NCBI GenBank assembly: GCA_028534125.1
Contig: CM052818.1
Coordinates: 49,540,001-49,604,000 of the forward strand
Source: Lama glama
Lineage: Eukaryota
Direction of reading: 5' to 3'
DNA length: 64,000 bases
The notes beneath the pieces were generated by a model. That model did no database searches. It saw nothing but the letters and a program-made list of their open reading frames with translations, and was not told the origin of the DNA. The position numbers and the translations under genes are program-made. Positions 24,513-37,421 of this stretch are shown one piece after another. The first letter of the stretch is position 1. The number at the start of each line of letters is the position of its first letter.

Positions 24513-26612
24513 CAAGCTGAACAGAAAAAATATATAACTTGTTAAAAAAATGAACATAGTTTAAGAGACCTCTGTGACAGCAGCAAGAGTACTAACAGTC
24601 ACATGACGGGGGCCCCACGAGGAGGAGAGAGAGGGGCAGATACCTCATCTGAAGAAATAACGGGTGAGAACTTTCCTAACCTGGGAAAGGAAACATTCAA
24701 CCAGGTCCGGGAAGCAGAGAGAGACTCAACCAAGATGAAGCCAAGGAGGTTCACAGCAAGACACTTTATAATTAAAATGGTAAAAATTAAAGTTAAAGAG
24801 GGGATCTTAAAAGCAGCAAGAAAAAAGCACCTAGCTCCTTACACGCAGACTCCCATAATTTCTCAGCTGACTTTGCAGAGGGAGCTCTGCAGGCCAGAAG
24901 CGGGCGTCGCGATATATGCAAAGTGTTGAAAGGGAACCATCTACAACGAGAACACTCTGCCCGCAAGGCTGTCATTCAGATTAAAAGGAGAGGTAAGGAG
25001 TCTTGCAGACAAGCAGAAGCTCCGAGTGCTGAGCGCCACTAAGCCAGCTTGACGAGGCACGTGAAAGGGACTTCTCCTCTTGGGAAAGAAAGGGCCACAC
25101 TGAAAGTATGAAAACTACAAAGGGGAAATCTCACTGGGAAAGGCAAACGACAGAGAAGGTAGCAGATCAACCTCTCACAAAGCCAGTGGGAAGGTTAAAG
25201 CCGTCGATATCCACGATCCCTAGTTAAGGGACGCACAAACAAAAAGATGAAAAATACGACGTCAGAACATCAAACCCGGGAGGGGTGAAAATGCAGGGTC
25301 ATTGGCTGCATTCGAACTGAAGACACCAACAACTTAAAATAATCATATATGTGATTTCATGTAATGATAGATCGATTGATGGTAGCTATATGTGAAACTC
25401 ACGGTAACCAAAAATATATAATAGATACAAAAAAGGAGGCAGGAATGTAATCGTAACGCTAAAGACAGTCATCAAATCACAAGGGAACAGAGCAAAAGAA
25501 GAAGAAAGGGGAAGAAGAACCACAGAAACCAGGAGCATTTAACACAGTGGCGATGAGTACCTACGTATCAGTCATTCACCTTGAATGTAAATGGACTGAA
25601 TGCTCCAATCAGAAGACGCAGAGCAGCTGGATGGACACGAAAAGAGGACGCATGTTATGCTGCCGACAGGAAACTCACTTCTGACTGAAACACACACAGA
25701 CCGAAAAGGAAGGGATGGAGAAGGGATTCCGTGCAAATGGAAGCAAAAAGAAAGCTGGAGCAAGGATACTCTGATCAAACAAAATAGACCTTAAACAAAG
25801 ACTGTAACAGGAGACAAAGGAGGAGACCACATAATTCTGAAGGGGTCAATCCAAGAAGAAAATACAACACTTGTAAATAAATATGCACCTAAACACATAA
25901 AGCAAGTATGGACGCGCAGAAACGGAGATGCTGGCAGTAGCACAGTAATAGCGGGGGACTCCAACATCCCGCTCACATCAAAGGACACACTGTGCCAACA
26001 GACTTGCACTTCCAGGTGTTTACCCCAAGAAAATGAAAACACTGGTTCAGGAAGATATATGCACACCAATGTGCCTGACTTACAACGGCCAAAATATGGA
26101 AGCAACCTGAGTGTCCACTGAGAAATGAATGGATAAAGAAGATGTGGGGCATAAATACAACAGAGTATTACTCAGCCATAGCAAATGAAATCTTGCCAGC
26201 GGCAACCATATGATGGACCCAGAGGGTGTTATGCCGAGTGAAGTAAGTCCGAAAGACAAATACCTCATGATCTCACTTATGTGAGGAATCTAACAAACAA
26301 ACAAAACAAAATGAGAACAGACTCATAAATAAAGAAGGAAGTAAAAGCGATTTCCAGAAGAGAGGGGACTGGGGTGGGTGAAACAGGAGTAAGAGATTAA
26401 GAGGTACAAACCTCCAGTTATGCAATAACTAAGCCAAGGGGTGTAACTTGCAGCATGAGGAAGATGGCCAATAGCACCGTAGCAACTTCGCAGGAGGCAG
26501 AAGGTTACTAGACCTACCATGGTGGTCCTTTCACAACGTGTGCAAACGTCACATTGCTACGTAGTACACCTGAAACTCACATAATGTTGTGCATCAACTA
26601 TATTTCAGTAAA
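24513..26612 (+). mobile_element. LINE-1, 5'-truncated: ORF1 remnant, ORF2 endonuclease start, large internal deletion, 3' end
   Basis: ORF track 24603-24929 EEITGENFPNLGKETFNQVREAER...IIKMVKIKVKEGILKAARKK is L1 ORF1p; ACCTTGAATGTAAATGGACTGAATGCTCCAATC (TLNVNGLNAPI) is the ORF2 EN start; 3'UTR ends ~26612; candidate TSD AAGAACCCTACAAC / AAGAACCTTACCAC. Confidence 0.92.
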
Positions 26613-28662
26613 AAGAACCTTACCACTTATCTTCTCCAGCTCCACCAAGTTGAACAAATCTGTGGTGAACCGCTTCATTAAAATTAAACACACTCTCCCG
26701 TGTAATACATAAACAACACTTGCTTCCTCTCTTTGGGCTTCAGGTAGTGTGTCTAAAGCAGTGGTTTTTAAAACGTGTGCTCTGCAGACCTAGTCCAGGG
26801 CACGGCTGGGAAGGCGGGCCCGCCTGAGCACCTGACCCCCGCCTCCCCCACCCCATCAGCGTTCCCACCTGGGGTAAAGCCTGGAGCTGGGGCTGTGGTG
26901 TGTATGCTCTCACAGGGGCTGGTGCAGGTGAGGCGTAAGGGTCCTCCCGCAGCCTGCATTCTGTAGTTTTGAGATGAAATAAAAGGGCAGGATGTGCAGA
27001 CCTGAGTGAGGAGGAGTTCACATTGACGACAGAGGTAAGAGGGAACCACGGTGAGGAACAAGTTCAGGGCTACATATGCTGAAATTAAGCTGTGAGTTTT
27101 TAATTATTCCCCTGAAGCCAAACACGGGGAGGCTGGGGGAAGGTGTCCAAAAGGTTTCACGCTACCAGAATAGATTTTAATGATCACCTGGCAGCTTCCA
27201 AAATTAGGGTTGTGAATGTGGTTATTTTTATCAGTTGACACTCATCAAAAGAAAATTCAGTTGCTCTGTATCAGTTAAATGCTGATATGCACATGACGTG
27301 ACTAAATGATTCATCATTTTATTAAGAATGCAAGTGAACACTGCATGCCCAAATGCTCAATAGTAAGCAACCAGCTATTCAAATATCTGACCTTCTGCAT
27401 ACCTGCCCAGAGAAAACCACATTTTTAAGTTTTACAAAACAGAGAAAGTAGAACTCAAAGTAATATGTACATTAATAATTATTTGCATCATCTTCTCAAT
27501 TGCCTCCATGTTGAGCATTTGTGGAATAACTTTGATGGCGTCAGTTTTGTGTAGGGATTCTCTGCCTCCCGATCTCGCACAGAACAGACGTTCATCAGAG
27601 GGTAACAGACTTGCAAGAAACTGTCATCAGTCTTGAGTTACTCAGGAAATTGTTTAAATTAATAAGACACACAGATCGGCGAAAGTGCTCCCAATGCTGT
27701 AATTCTGAAGGCAGGCATCTCCACGCTTCCGAGGCTGGGGCTGAAGTGTTCTGCCCTCAGTCTGGCCTCTGGGTGGACGCTCTCGGGAAATGGCTCCCAT
27801 GTTATAGACGATTCAATCATTCAGTCACTCAATCATCTTGACAAGGCGGTCTTTTCCCCTTCATTTATGATAATGTGCATAAGAGGAAAATTAGAGTGAA
27901 AAATGGATTTTGACCCAAAGTGAAATTGGCAAATGTAATCAAGTCCCAAATGCCGTAAGGACTTGGACGTCCTCTGCCTCATCGGTCTAAAGGTTGCTGT
28001 CAAACCACCGCCCTGGCCCGACCCTGCACGCTCAGCCCTGCCACGAGGCTCCAGGCTCCAGGAAAGGGGATGAGGACAGATGCCAATGTCCTGAGCTCAG
28101 CGATGGCCCCAGCCAGGCCTCCTCCCTGGGGTGCAGAGCATGGGGGTCACAAGGCTGGCGACTGGACCTGTGGCTGAGCCCCCAGTCCCACAGTGAGGTG
28201 GCCCACGTGTCTCGGGGGGATCTGCCAGCCCTGGGCACTCCCAGACTCAGCTCTTGGTCCAAGTTTCTATTTCTTGCCTGACCTTTATTCTCCTTCAAAC
28301 AGAAGCCGAAACAATGACCCAGCCAGCTCCTCCGTCTGGTCACTACCTTCTGTGGCTCCCCATCACTACAGGTGTCCGCCTGGCTGTCCTGAGTTCAGCC
28401 AAGGCAGCGGGAGCTGCTGAGCCACAAGGGGGTCCCTGCTTCATCCTCGGGTCAGTGGGACCGAATCCAGCATTTCAGACCAGCCCCAGGGATGCACTGA
28501 GCATTAAAAGCCACACTTTCTAACAGATCCCTGACCCGCCTGTCTTCTCCACGATTTCTGGACTGGGGCCAGAGCCGCCTCCCGCATATGAACAGCACTG
28601 GCCGCAGTGAGTGGTCCGAGTGTGCTGACCTCAGTGGTGAGGACGGCAGCTATGAGGATGCG

Positions 28663-29162
28663 NNNNNNNNNNNNNNNNNNNNNNNNNNNNNNNNNNNNNN
28701 NNNNNNNNNNNNNNNNNNNNNNNNNNNNNNNNNNNNNNNNNNNNNNNNNNNNNNNNNNNNNNNNNNNNNNNNNNNNNNNNNNNNNNNNNNNNNNNNNNNN
28801 NNNNNNNNNNNNNNNNNNNNNNNNNNNNNNNNNNNNNNNNNNNNNNNNNNNNNNNNNNNNNNNNNNNNNNNNNNNNNNNNNNNNNNNNNNNNNNNNNNNN
28901 NNNNNNNNNNNNNNNNNNNNNNNNNNNNNNNNNNNNNNNNNNNNNNNNNNNNNNNNNNNNNNNNNNNNNNNNNNNNNNNNNNNNNNNNNNNNNNNNNNNN
29001 NNNNNNNNNNNNNNNNNNNNNNNNNNNNNNNNNNNNNNNNNNNNNNNNNNNNNNNNNNNNNNNNNNNNNNNNNNNNNNNNNNNNNNNNNNNNNNNNNNNN
29101 NNNNNNNNNNNNNNNNNNNNNNNNNNNNNNNNNNNNNNNNNNNNNNNNNNNNNNNNNNNNNN
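28663..29162. other. Assembly gap (500 N)
   Basis: Run of exactly 500 N. Confidence 0.99.
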
Positions 29163-29425
29163 CACCCATCCATGGACCCATCCATCCATCTACCCACACA
29201 CCCATGGACCCATCCCTCCATCCACTCACACACCCATGGACCCATCCATCCATCCACTCACACACCCATGGACCCATCCAACCATTCACTCAGTCTTCCA
29301 CCCATCCACCCACCCACCCACCCATGCATCTATTCATCCATCCTTCTACCATCTGCTCAACCATCACTCAGCCATCCATCTGCCATCCACCCATCCAGCC
29401 ACCCACTCATCCATCCATCCACCCA
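29163..29425. repeat. (CCAT)n-based tandem repeat with a ~31-bp higher-order unit
   Basis: CCCATGGACCCATCCATCCATCCACTCACAC-like unit repeated about 4 times, decaying into CCAT/CCAC runs. Confidence 0.9.
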
Positions 29426-31387
29426 CAGTGAGCTTCCTGCAGGTGAGGCAGCCAAAACAGACTTTCTCAGAAGAATAGTGTTAGAGGGGACCTCGGAAAT
29501 TACTTATCCCAATCTCCTAGTGTTCAGACCAAGGACCTGAAGTTCAGAAACACACAATGATTCTCCAAATATTGCACAGCTGCTAAGAAAGGTAAGAGTT
29601 TGGACTAAACATCGAAAGCAGGTGACTAAGGCAGATGGCCCAGTAGGCTCCCCGTAGGGAGGTGCCAATCATAATGACCCTTGGTATTTTTAAGGCAATG
29701 ATTGGCCAGTCCTCAGTACTCTTCCTTTCATCTGAAACAGAGCAGCATCAAACCACAATAAACCCGCACACAGAGTCCAAGCTTCTTTTAAGCGATGTAT
29801 GAATACGTGACCCCGCTGACGTGAAAGGATCGTTTGTCTGTGGAGGAGTGTGTGGAGGCAGCCGCTGGGACGTGAACCGCGGTAACCTCGCTTGCTGGGA
29901 CAGTCACCTTCTTCTGGTAGTTTCGGTAGTGTTAACTGTCCCATGTTACCTGTATAAAGGTTTTTGAAGAATAATAAATTTAGAGCAAAAAAATAAGCAT
30001 TGTTGCATAGTTTAAATCTCGTACAAGTGAATTCCGTAAGGTCCAGCTGCACATCACAAGAACGCCTCTAACGGCCGTGTGAAGATGCACCGGTAACCAG
30101 TGAAAACACGTGGACTCAAATCCGAAGACGACAACGAAGGCAGAAGCTCTCGACCGAGGGCTTCGATGGCCTCGGGAAACAGACCAGCGGGTTTGCCGCT
30201 CGGGCCTGTTGTCAGGGCCTGACTCAGACCCAGATCAACGACTCCGAGACAAGACAGACTTAGGGCTGCTCAGCAACCACCGGGGAGCAGGCTTCCACAC
30301 ACCTGAACTGACCGGGCGCGGCCACACCGCCTGCAAACACGGCGCTCCTGTCCGCGGCCGGTACTGGACGCAGGCCCCTGTCTGAGCTGACGAGCACTGG
30401 AACCAAGTCCATCCCTTCGGCTTTTACCGTGTCCCTGCAGCTGGAGTGAGGCAGATACACTTGCACTGGTTTTACGGGTGAGAAAAACTGAGCCTCAAAG
30501 AGAAAAGTATAGTCAGAGAAACAGAATCAGAATCCACACACGAAGACAAACTGGAGAAGCTATTTGTGTCAGAAATTTGGTTCAAACCAAGAGCTTCTGA
30601 GCTTAATTCCCACAGTTTTTCAAACACTAACTTCCAAGGTTTTCCCCATTTTGCTGGCCCCAAAACATAGTCTTTGATCCAGAAAGAAAGCAGTAATAGC
30701 CAACTGATTCCTACGTCGCATCTCAGGACCCACATTCCATCCCCAACCCCCGACCAGGACCACATTCAACCTCCAGGAATAATGACCATGAGCCTCTCCA
30801 GACAGCTCCTGTTTTCCTGACAACCCTCTCATCGTCTGGAAGCCGGCCAGAGGCGTCAGCCACCGCCTGTCCTGTGTGCACATGGCGTGGGGCGGAGGCG
30901 GTCACAGACTCAGCCCTGGTCCCTGCAGAGCCCCGCTCCGGGCTGGGCTCACACGGCACCCACCTGAACAGCCTGGAGGAGCGTGGTCACAGGCTGCACT
31001 GAGGGGCATCTGCCTTCTAACCAACAGGAAGCCGTGGGGAGAGAGGAGGTTGTGACAGCATTTCGTTTAAATTCTCGGCTCCCTGCAGACACCCCCAGTA
31101 GGCTTCTTGCTGATGAAAACCCAATGGTTCTCTGGGGCCTGTTCGGTTGCCTTATGGATTAAAGAACTCAGCGCGTGTGTATGTAAAATTGTTACTCATA
31201 TATAGTAATATATTATACGTCATACACTATATGTATAATTGAATAATGAATATGTAATTATAATAATGAAGACATAGATAACATATAATATATACAGACA
31301 GATTCCTGGGTGCTATATATATATTTTTTGGTCCAGATTTTTGGGCAGCTGTATATTTTTTTTCTGTGCAGTATATATTTTGGGATT

Positions 31388-31745
31388 TTTTTTTAAATAG
31401 ACTTTATTTTTTTAGAGCAGTTTTAGGTTCACAGCCAACTTGAGTGGAAGGTACAGAGAGTCCCCTAAACTCCCCAGCCTCACGCGTGCATGGCCACCCC
31501 CGTTCTCAGCACCCCCGCCAGTCAGTGCACTTGTCACAACTGCTGAACCTACACAAACCCGCCACCATCACCCGAAGCCCACGGCTCACCCCGGGGCTCA
31601 CTCCTGGCGTTGTACGTCCTGTGCGTTTGGACAAATGGCTAAAAATGACGTGTATCCCCTATAACAGTGGTCACACAGAAGAGTTTCCGCGCCCTGAGAA
31701 TTCTCTGTGCTTGGCCTGTGCACCCTTTCTTCCTGCCAACAACCA
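31388..31745 (-). mobile_element. LINE-1 3'UTR (L1MC-like)
   Basis: ACTTTATTTTTTAGAGCAGTTTTAGGTTCACAGC...GAAGGTACAGAGAG is the reverse L1MC 3' end; homologous to 33690-33960. Confidence 0.8.
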
Positions 31746-32384
31746 TATATATTAAGAGCTATTCACTTAATTATATGGCTTGGAAATCACTGGCTTAGTG
31801 AAGTCCTTGCAACATGTATGAAGACCTTCACAGCACACTGCAGCTATCCGATGTACCCCTAGAACTACTAGTATGTGCCGCGTTATATGTTAGGGGGAGC
31901 TAGCCAGGAAATCTGGGGGCATATGTTACATGTTACAAGGAGCTGGCCAGGAAGTTTATGAAGTTGGAATCTATCTAATACCGGGAATTGAAGGTAGAAA
32001 TAATTTTCTTTGAAGAAACTTTCAGGAAGCCCACAATATTTTGGCTCTCCTTCCCTGTTTTTATGATTTATCTGAACTTCATGTGGAAATAGGTATCATC
32101 TCACGTGTTGGTGCTAGCTGGCTTCCAGCGCTACCTGGAGAACCTCGGTGACAAGACTCGGAGGCTGTGAGCACGATCAGTGGGTGGCGGTTGCTGGGCA
32201 GGGGGTGCAGCAGCCAAGGCGGGGGAGGGAGGCAGGGGGTGCACAGGGGATGCGGGCCACATGGGACACCAGCCAATAGCATGAGGAGAAAACTGAAGCA
32301 GATGATCCTCCTGAAATTGGGCAACTTACCTCAGTCTTCCCATGCTGACGACAACTGACCTTAAAATTAAGGCCGACCTGCGCA

Positions 32385-32860
32385 CTCAAGCTCACTGCAA
32401 TACTGCGTTGCTCACACAAGCCGAAGGGTGGGAACGACCCAAGAGTCCATCGGCAGATGGATGAGTCAGATCTGCTCTGTCCATGCCCTGGGACGTTACT
32501 CAGCCAGAAGGAGTGAGGTTCTGGTCCACACTGCTACCTGGAGGGACCTGGCAAACACGATGCTAAGTCAAACCAAGCCAGACACAAAGGACACATGTTG
32601 TGTGACCCCACGAATGTGAAGTACCCAGAGCAGACAGAGTCACAGACACAGAGGACAGCGTAGAGGTTACCGGGACCTGGGAGGGGTGAGGCAGGGAGGT
32701 GGCGTGTGATGGGTGTGGAGATTTTGTTTGGGCTAATGAAAAAGGTTTGGAAATACATATTGGTGATGGTTGCACAACACTGTGAATGTAATTAATGCTA
32801 CCTAAAAAATAGTTACAATGGCAAATTTTATATTATATTTACTTGACCATAATTTTCAAA
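32385..32860 (+). mobile_element. LINE-1 3' end (L1MB-like)
   Basis: GGTGATGGTTGCACAACACTGTGAATGTAATTAATGC...GGCAAATTTTATATTATATTT is a typical L1MB terminus. Confidence 0.8.
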
Positions 32861-33304
32861 AATCAATACTGTGAGGTCACTACTGAGCACGTTACAAGGG
32901 TGCCCTGTGAGCTGTGTGGACAGCGCCTCGTTACAGCGCTAAGCAGGCCGCTGCCACGCAGAGGAGGCGGGCCGGCTCGTGGGGGCCAGCATGACCCTCC
33001 ACCCGGGGCTCTGGGTCTGGGGCATGAAAACACCGCATTTGTTTGAAAGGTAATGAGGACACCCCCACAAGGTGCAACTGCTCGTTTGCAAATATAATCA
33101 AGCATCACATTTGCTTTTGCAGCTGGTGAGCGTCTCACAGGGGGGCAAGTGCTCCACGCAGCCCCCAAGTGGACGTCACTCTCCCCTGCGAGAACATTCA
33201 ACAGGCCCTGGAGGGGTTCACCAAGCGCACGCGATCCTGAGAGAAACTGTTACTAGTGAGGAGTAAGGGCCACGTGTAACCATTACTGTGAGAGTAAGTG
33301 TCAC

Positions 33305-33505
33305 TGTATATAAAACAGATAAACAACAAGGACCCACTGCATGGCACAGGCAACTGTATTTAATTTCTTATAACAAGCTATAATGGAAAAGAATCTGAAA
33401 ATATATGTGTATATATATATGTGTGTGTGTGTAACTGACTCACTATGCCGTACACAGAAACTAACACAACATTGCAAATCAACTGAGCGTCAATTAAAAA
33501 AAATT
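33305..33505 (+). mobile_element. Cetartiodactyl L1 3'UTR fragment
   Basis: TATATAAAACAGATAAACAACAAGGACC...GGAAAAGAATCTGAAAA...ACACAACATTGCAAATCAACT + A tail. Confidence 0.85.
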
Positions 33506-33689
33506 AGATAATACAGTGCCTGCCTCACAGGTCTATTATGAGAATTAATTGCGTCACTATCTGTAAAACACTTAGTGCTTGGCACAAAGAATGTGCTCTG
33601 TGTCACTAGTACCTTCTTCCTGTGTTGGAAAGAATCTTTCTCTGAGGGTGAACTTTACGAGACTGAAGCATAAAGCAAGAAAACGCTCC

Positions 33690-34465
33690 ATGCGATGCTG
33701 TAATGGTGGCTACACGTCACCAACATCTGTCCTGACTCGCAGGACACACACCACCAAGAGGGAACCTGACGTAAACCACGGACCACGGGTGACACTGACG
33801 TGTCAACGGAGGTTCACCTGCTTTAACAAGTATCCCATCTGGTGGGGATGGTGATGCTGGGGGAGGCTGTGTGTGTGTGTGGGGTTGGGGGTTCATGGAA
33901 AACCTCTGTATCTGCCCCTCAATTTTGCTATGAACCTAAAACTGCTCTAAAAATTAAAGTTTAAAACTTACAGTTACCAAAGAAGGGAAATGGGAGAGGG
34001 ATAAATTAGGAGCTTGGGATTAACATACACACTACTACACATAAAATATATAAACAACAAGGACCCGTTGTATCACACAGGGAACCATATTCAATATCTT
34101 GCAGTAACCTATAATGGAAAAGAATATGAAAAAGAATGCACATACATATGTATGGATTTATCACTGAGTCGCTTGGTGCACACCTGAAACTAGCACAACA
34201 TTGTAAGTCAACTTTCCTTTAATTAAATAAACAATAAATAAATAAAAGACACATAAGCAACAAGGATTTCCTATTCAGCATGGGGAATTATCCCCAATAT
34301 TTTGTAATAACCTATAATGGGATATACTCTGCAAAGAAAAAAACCATGAAATCACTATGATGTGCACCTGAAACTAGGACACTATTGCAAATCAACTATA
34401 CTTCAACTTAAAAAAAAGTAATGTCTAAAAAAAAACAAAAAAGAAACAAACAAATAAATAATAAA
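33690..34465 (+). mobile_element. Tandem stack of three L1 3' ends (old L1MC-like 33690-33960; younger ~33965-34245 and ~34250-34465)
   Basis: Three successive 3'UTR termini each ending in an A-rich tail; motif CACCTGAAACT...CATTG(T/C)AA(G/A)TCAACT occurs twice. Confidence 0.85.
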
Positions 34466-34545
34466 GTTTAAAGACAAAATCCACTTCCACTGAGTAATTA
34501 CATTGCCCAAATTAGAATTAAGAAAAAGTGATAAGGATTTATCAC

Positions 34546-34546
<1 letters not shown>

Positions 34547-34582
<36 letters not shown>
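34547..34582. repeat. (TG)n microsatellite
   Basis: Uninterrupted TG run of about 18 units. Confidence 0.97.
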
Positions 34583-34583
<1 letters not shown>

Positions 34584-35892
34584 AAGAGGCAGAGAGTGAG
34601 AGAAACTCTTAAATGAGCTCAGAAATACCTCAAAGGAAGGGCTCCCGCATGACAAGTCCCGCACCGTCCCTGGTGTGGCTCCTGCAAAGCCGCGGCAGTG
34701 CTGGGAAGTCCACACAAGACGAAAGTCTTCTGCAGTCAGGGTGGAGCAGGGCTGTGGGATGTGTGTTCAGGCTGCGCCAGCTCAGTAAACATTGTTAATT
34801 TGCTTATACACCCACCCAGGGTACGCGGATGCTGCTTTATTTGAAGTCTTTTGGGACAGGAAAGCTGATGGGAGGAAGGAAGGATGGTTTTGGCTGCCCT
34901 TGGCTGCAGCCCATGGGGAGAATTGTTTAAACTCACTCATTCAATCAACCAACATTCGGGCGTTTATTATGGCTTGGCACTGCCCATTGCTGCGAATATG
35001 GAAATGAACAAGGCATGGCTGTGCCTGCAGAGAGAACTAATGAGGGAGGCAGACATCAAAAACCCATGTCCCTGTGGATCCGAAGGGCAGCAGCAGAAGC
35101 GCACCGTGCGTCCAGACGCGGTGCAGAGGAGGACAGAGGACGGGACGGACTGGGATGCTCTCAGCGCAGTGAACACTCATGAGGACGCCACAGACATGGG
35201 AGAAGGCAGGGGTGCGTGTGTGTAGCAATCACGGCAGGTGGAACTGCGTGAGATCCTCGCTGGGAAAGACAAACCGGTCCGAGTCCTGGGAGGAGGGGGA
35301 GATCCGGGGGATGGAAGAGCAGCTCGGAGACACAGAGAGTAAAGAAGCCAGGGCAGCAGGGAAGCATCCAGGTTTGCTGTGCTTGTTTCAAAATCACTGG
35401 TTTTGTAACTTTAGAGTCACGTCTTTTTCATCAGTGACTCACTGAGAAGTCTGCTTTCCTGTGTTACTGTTGCAAGTGTCGCCAGCAAAAGCTCAGCTCC
35501 TTGTAAGACGCTGCTCTCCCAGACACGCGGTTCCTGTGTTCTCATCAGAACGCCTTCCACGACCTCTCGTGTTCCGTGACCATCCGGGCCACTTCCACAG
35601 CACAGGCTTCCACGTTAACACATGGCATTAAACATCCGGGGTCAGCTTTCGGTTCTGCGACCTTGACTGCAAAGTCCGTTGTGTTAATGACTAACAAGGA
35701 TGAACCCACTTTGAACACACACTTGCGAACCGGTTTACAGCAGTCACGGTTAATAAAACATTTAAGTTTATTAAAATGCTCAAATCCTTAGGTACGAAAC
35801 ATGGAGGAAGAGAGTAAAACTGCCACATAGTTTCAAGAAACAATCTAATAGACCAACATCTCAATGACTTTACTCCTTCCTCGTATCATATA

Positions 35893-36231
35893 CAGTTGAC
35901 CCTTGAACCATTCGGGGGTTGGGGCACCAGTGCCCCACACAGTCGAAAATCCCAAAAAATAAAGGAAGTGACACACCAGTCACCCGAAGCAGGAAGCTGA
36001 AACCGTTTGGGCAGAACCAAAGCTCACACCCTTGTTCATCTGATTCCTGCCGCATCATCTATTCACAATACAGATACTGTGATCTCTAATCGAACACAAT
36101 TTTCCCCACACTTAGGTCATTTAAAGACCTGTAAAGTGAAAATACAGGTACTATATTTATCGGAAAAAATTCGAGTATAGGGCATAGGTGGGCCCACACA
36201 GTTCAAACTAACTGTTGTTCAGGGCTAACTG
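35893..36231. mobile_element. Tigger2-family non-autonomous Tc1/mariner DNA transposon
   Basis: TIRs CAGTTGACCCTTGAAC... and ...GTTCAGGGCTAACTG, both flanked by TA; 339 bp. Confidence 0.88.
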
Positions 36232-37090
36232 TACCTGTGTCATTGGAGTTAAAAATAACAATCACTTTTTATAGGTCCTGAGATGGCTGAAAAAGCAAGC
36301 GTTAGCTGATGGAAGCAGATGGAACAGCCCCCAGTGACACGCGTGGACACTCCCACGTGACCGCGGAAAACTCATTCCCAGCAGATGGTTTAGCAGCCTT
36401 CACTCCAACCTTCTAATTGGCACTTATGGTAAAATTCTTGGAAACCTGACTGTACGGCCCCTGAGGCGTGAGAAGAAGAGAAACTCCTAGGAAAGACTCA
36501 TGGAGAAAACAGAAATGACAGCAGAAAGTTTAGGAGAAAGTAGGCGCGGAGCATAGTACCAAAAAGGCAGGTTTGAATTGTCTAGCAAAGGCACTTCTTT
36601 GAGGCCCATGTTCGTAAGCCCTGCAGACTGACAGGGCACCACTCTACCTGCTCGTGTGCAAATCTGCCCACGTGAACAGCTGCGTGTCCACGGGGAGGAA
36701 GACCAACGGGGGCGGCTAGCAGAGTCCTGTTCATTGACCCTGGTGAGTGCTAATCATTGGCTCGTGTTCGTCACTCACTGACATTTATCTGCATTCACAA
36801 AGACGCCTGCATGTCAGCATTTCTCATCCTAAGGACCATTCACAGTCAATACGTCTACAGGCTTCTGCTTGTAAACAAGGCAACCGTGTTTAAACTAAGA
36901 AATACTTTCCTAATCCGGGAAGCCTAGGATGAGGCATTGGGATGGAAGGAAGTTGCCAAGGAGACCAAGAAGGTGACTGCAGGGAGCAGAATTGTGGAGG
37001 CAAATTTGCACAGAGGGAAGGAGCTAAGATTTGAAGCGAGTGCAAGGAAGCGACCTGAGGTGCCGATGTGAGAGACTGCGCGTAGGTGTC

Positions 37091-37421
37091 AGCTGAGGGC
37101 TGAATGCTTGTGTCCCCCCAGAATTCATGTGTTGAAAGGCTAACCCCCCATATGAGGATCCTAGGAGGTGGGGTCTTTGGAAGTGATTAGACGGAGCCCC
37201 CATGCTGAGATTAGTCCCTGATAACAGAGGAGGAGGCAGAAGACCTCGCCCTCTCCACGATGTAAGGACATAACAAGAAGGCTGCCCTCTGCAAACCAGG
37301 CACTTGATCTACTGACACCTTGGTTTGGGGCTTCCAGCCTGGAAAGGTGAAGAATCGATTTCTGCTGTCTAAGTCACCTGGTCTGTGGCATTTGTTACAG
37401 CAGCCTGCACAGACTGAGACA
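37091..37421 (+). mobile_element. MaLR solo LTR (MLT1A-like)
   Basis: GCTGAATGCTTGTGTCCCCCCAGAATTCATGTGTTGAAA...TTTGTTACAGCAGCCTGCACAGACTGAGACA; near-perfect 5-bp TSD GTGTC/GTGCC. Confidence 0.85.

Noticed and set aside
28504..29478. ORFs of 179-296 aa
   Set aside because: They run through the N gap and a simple repeat.
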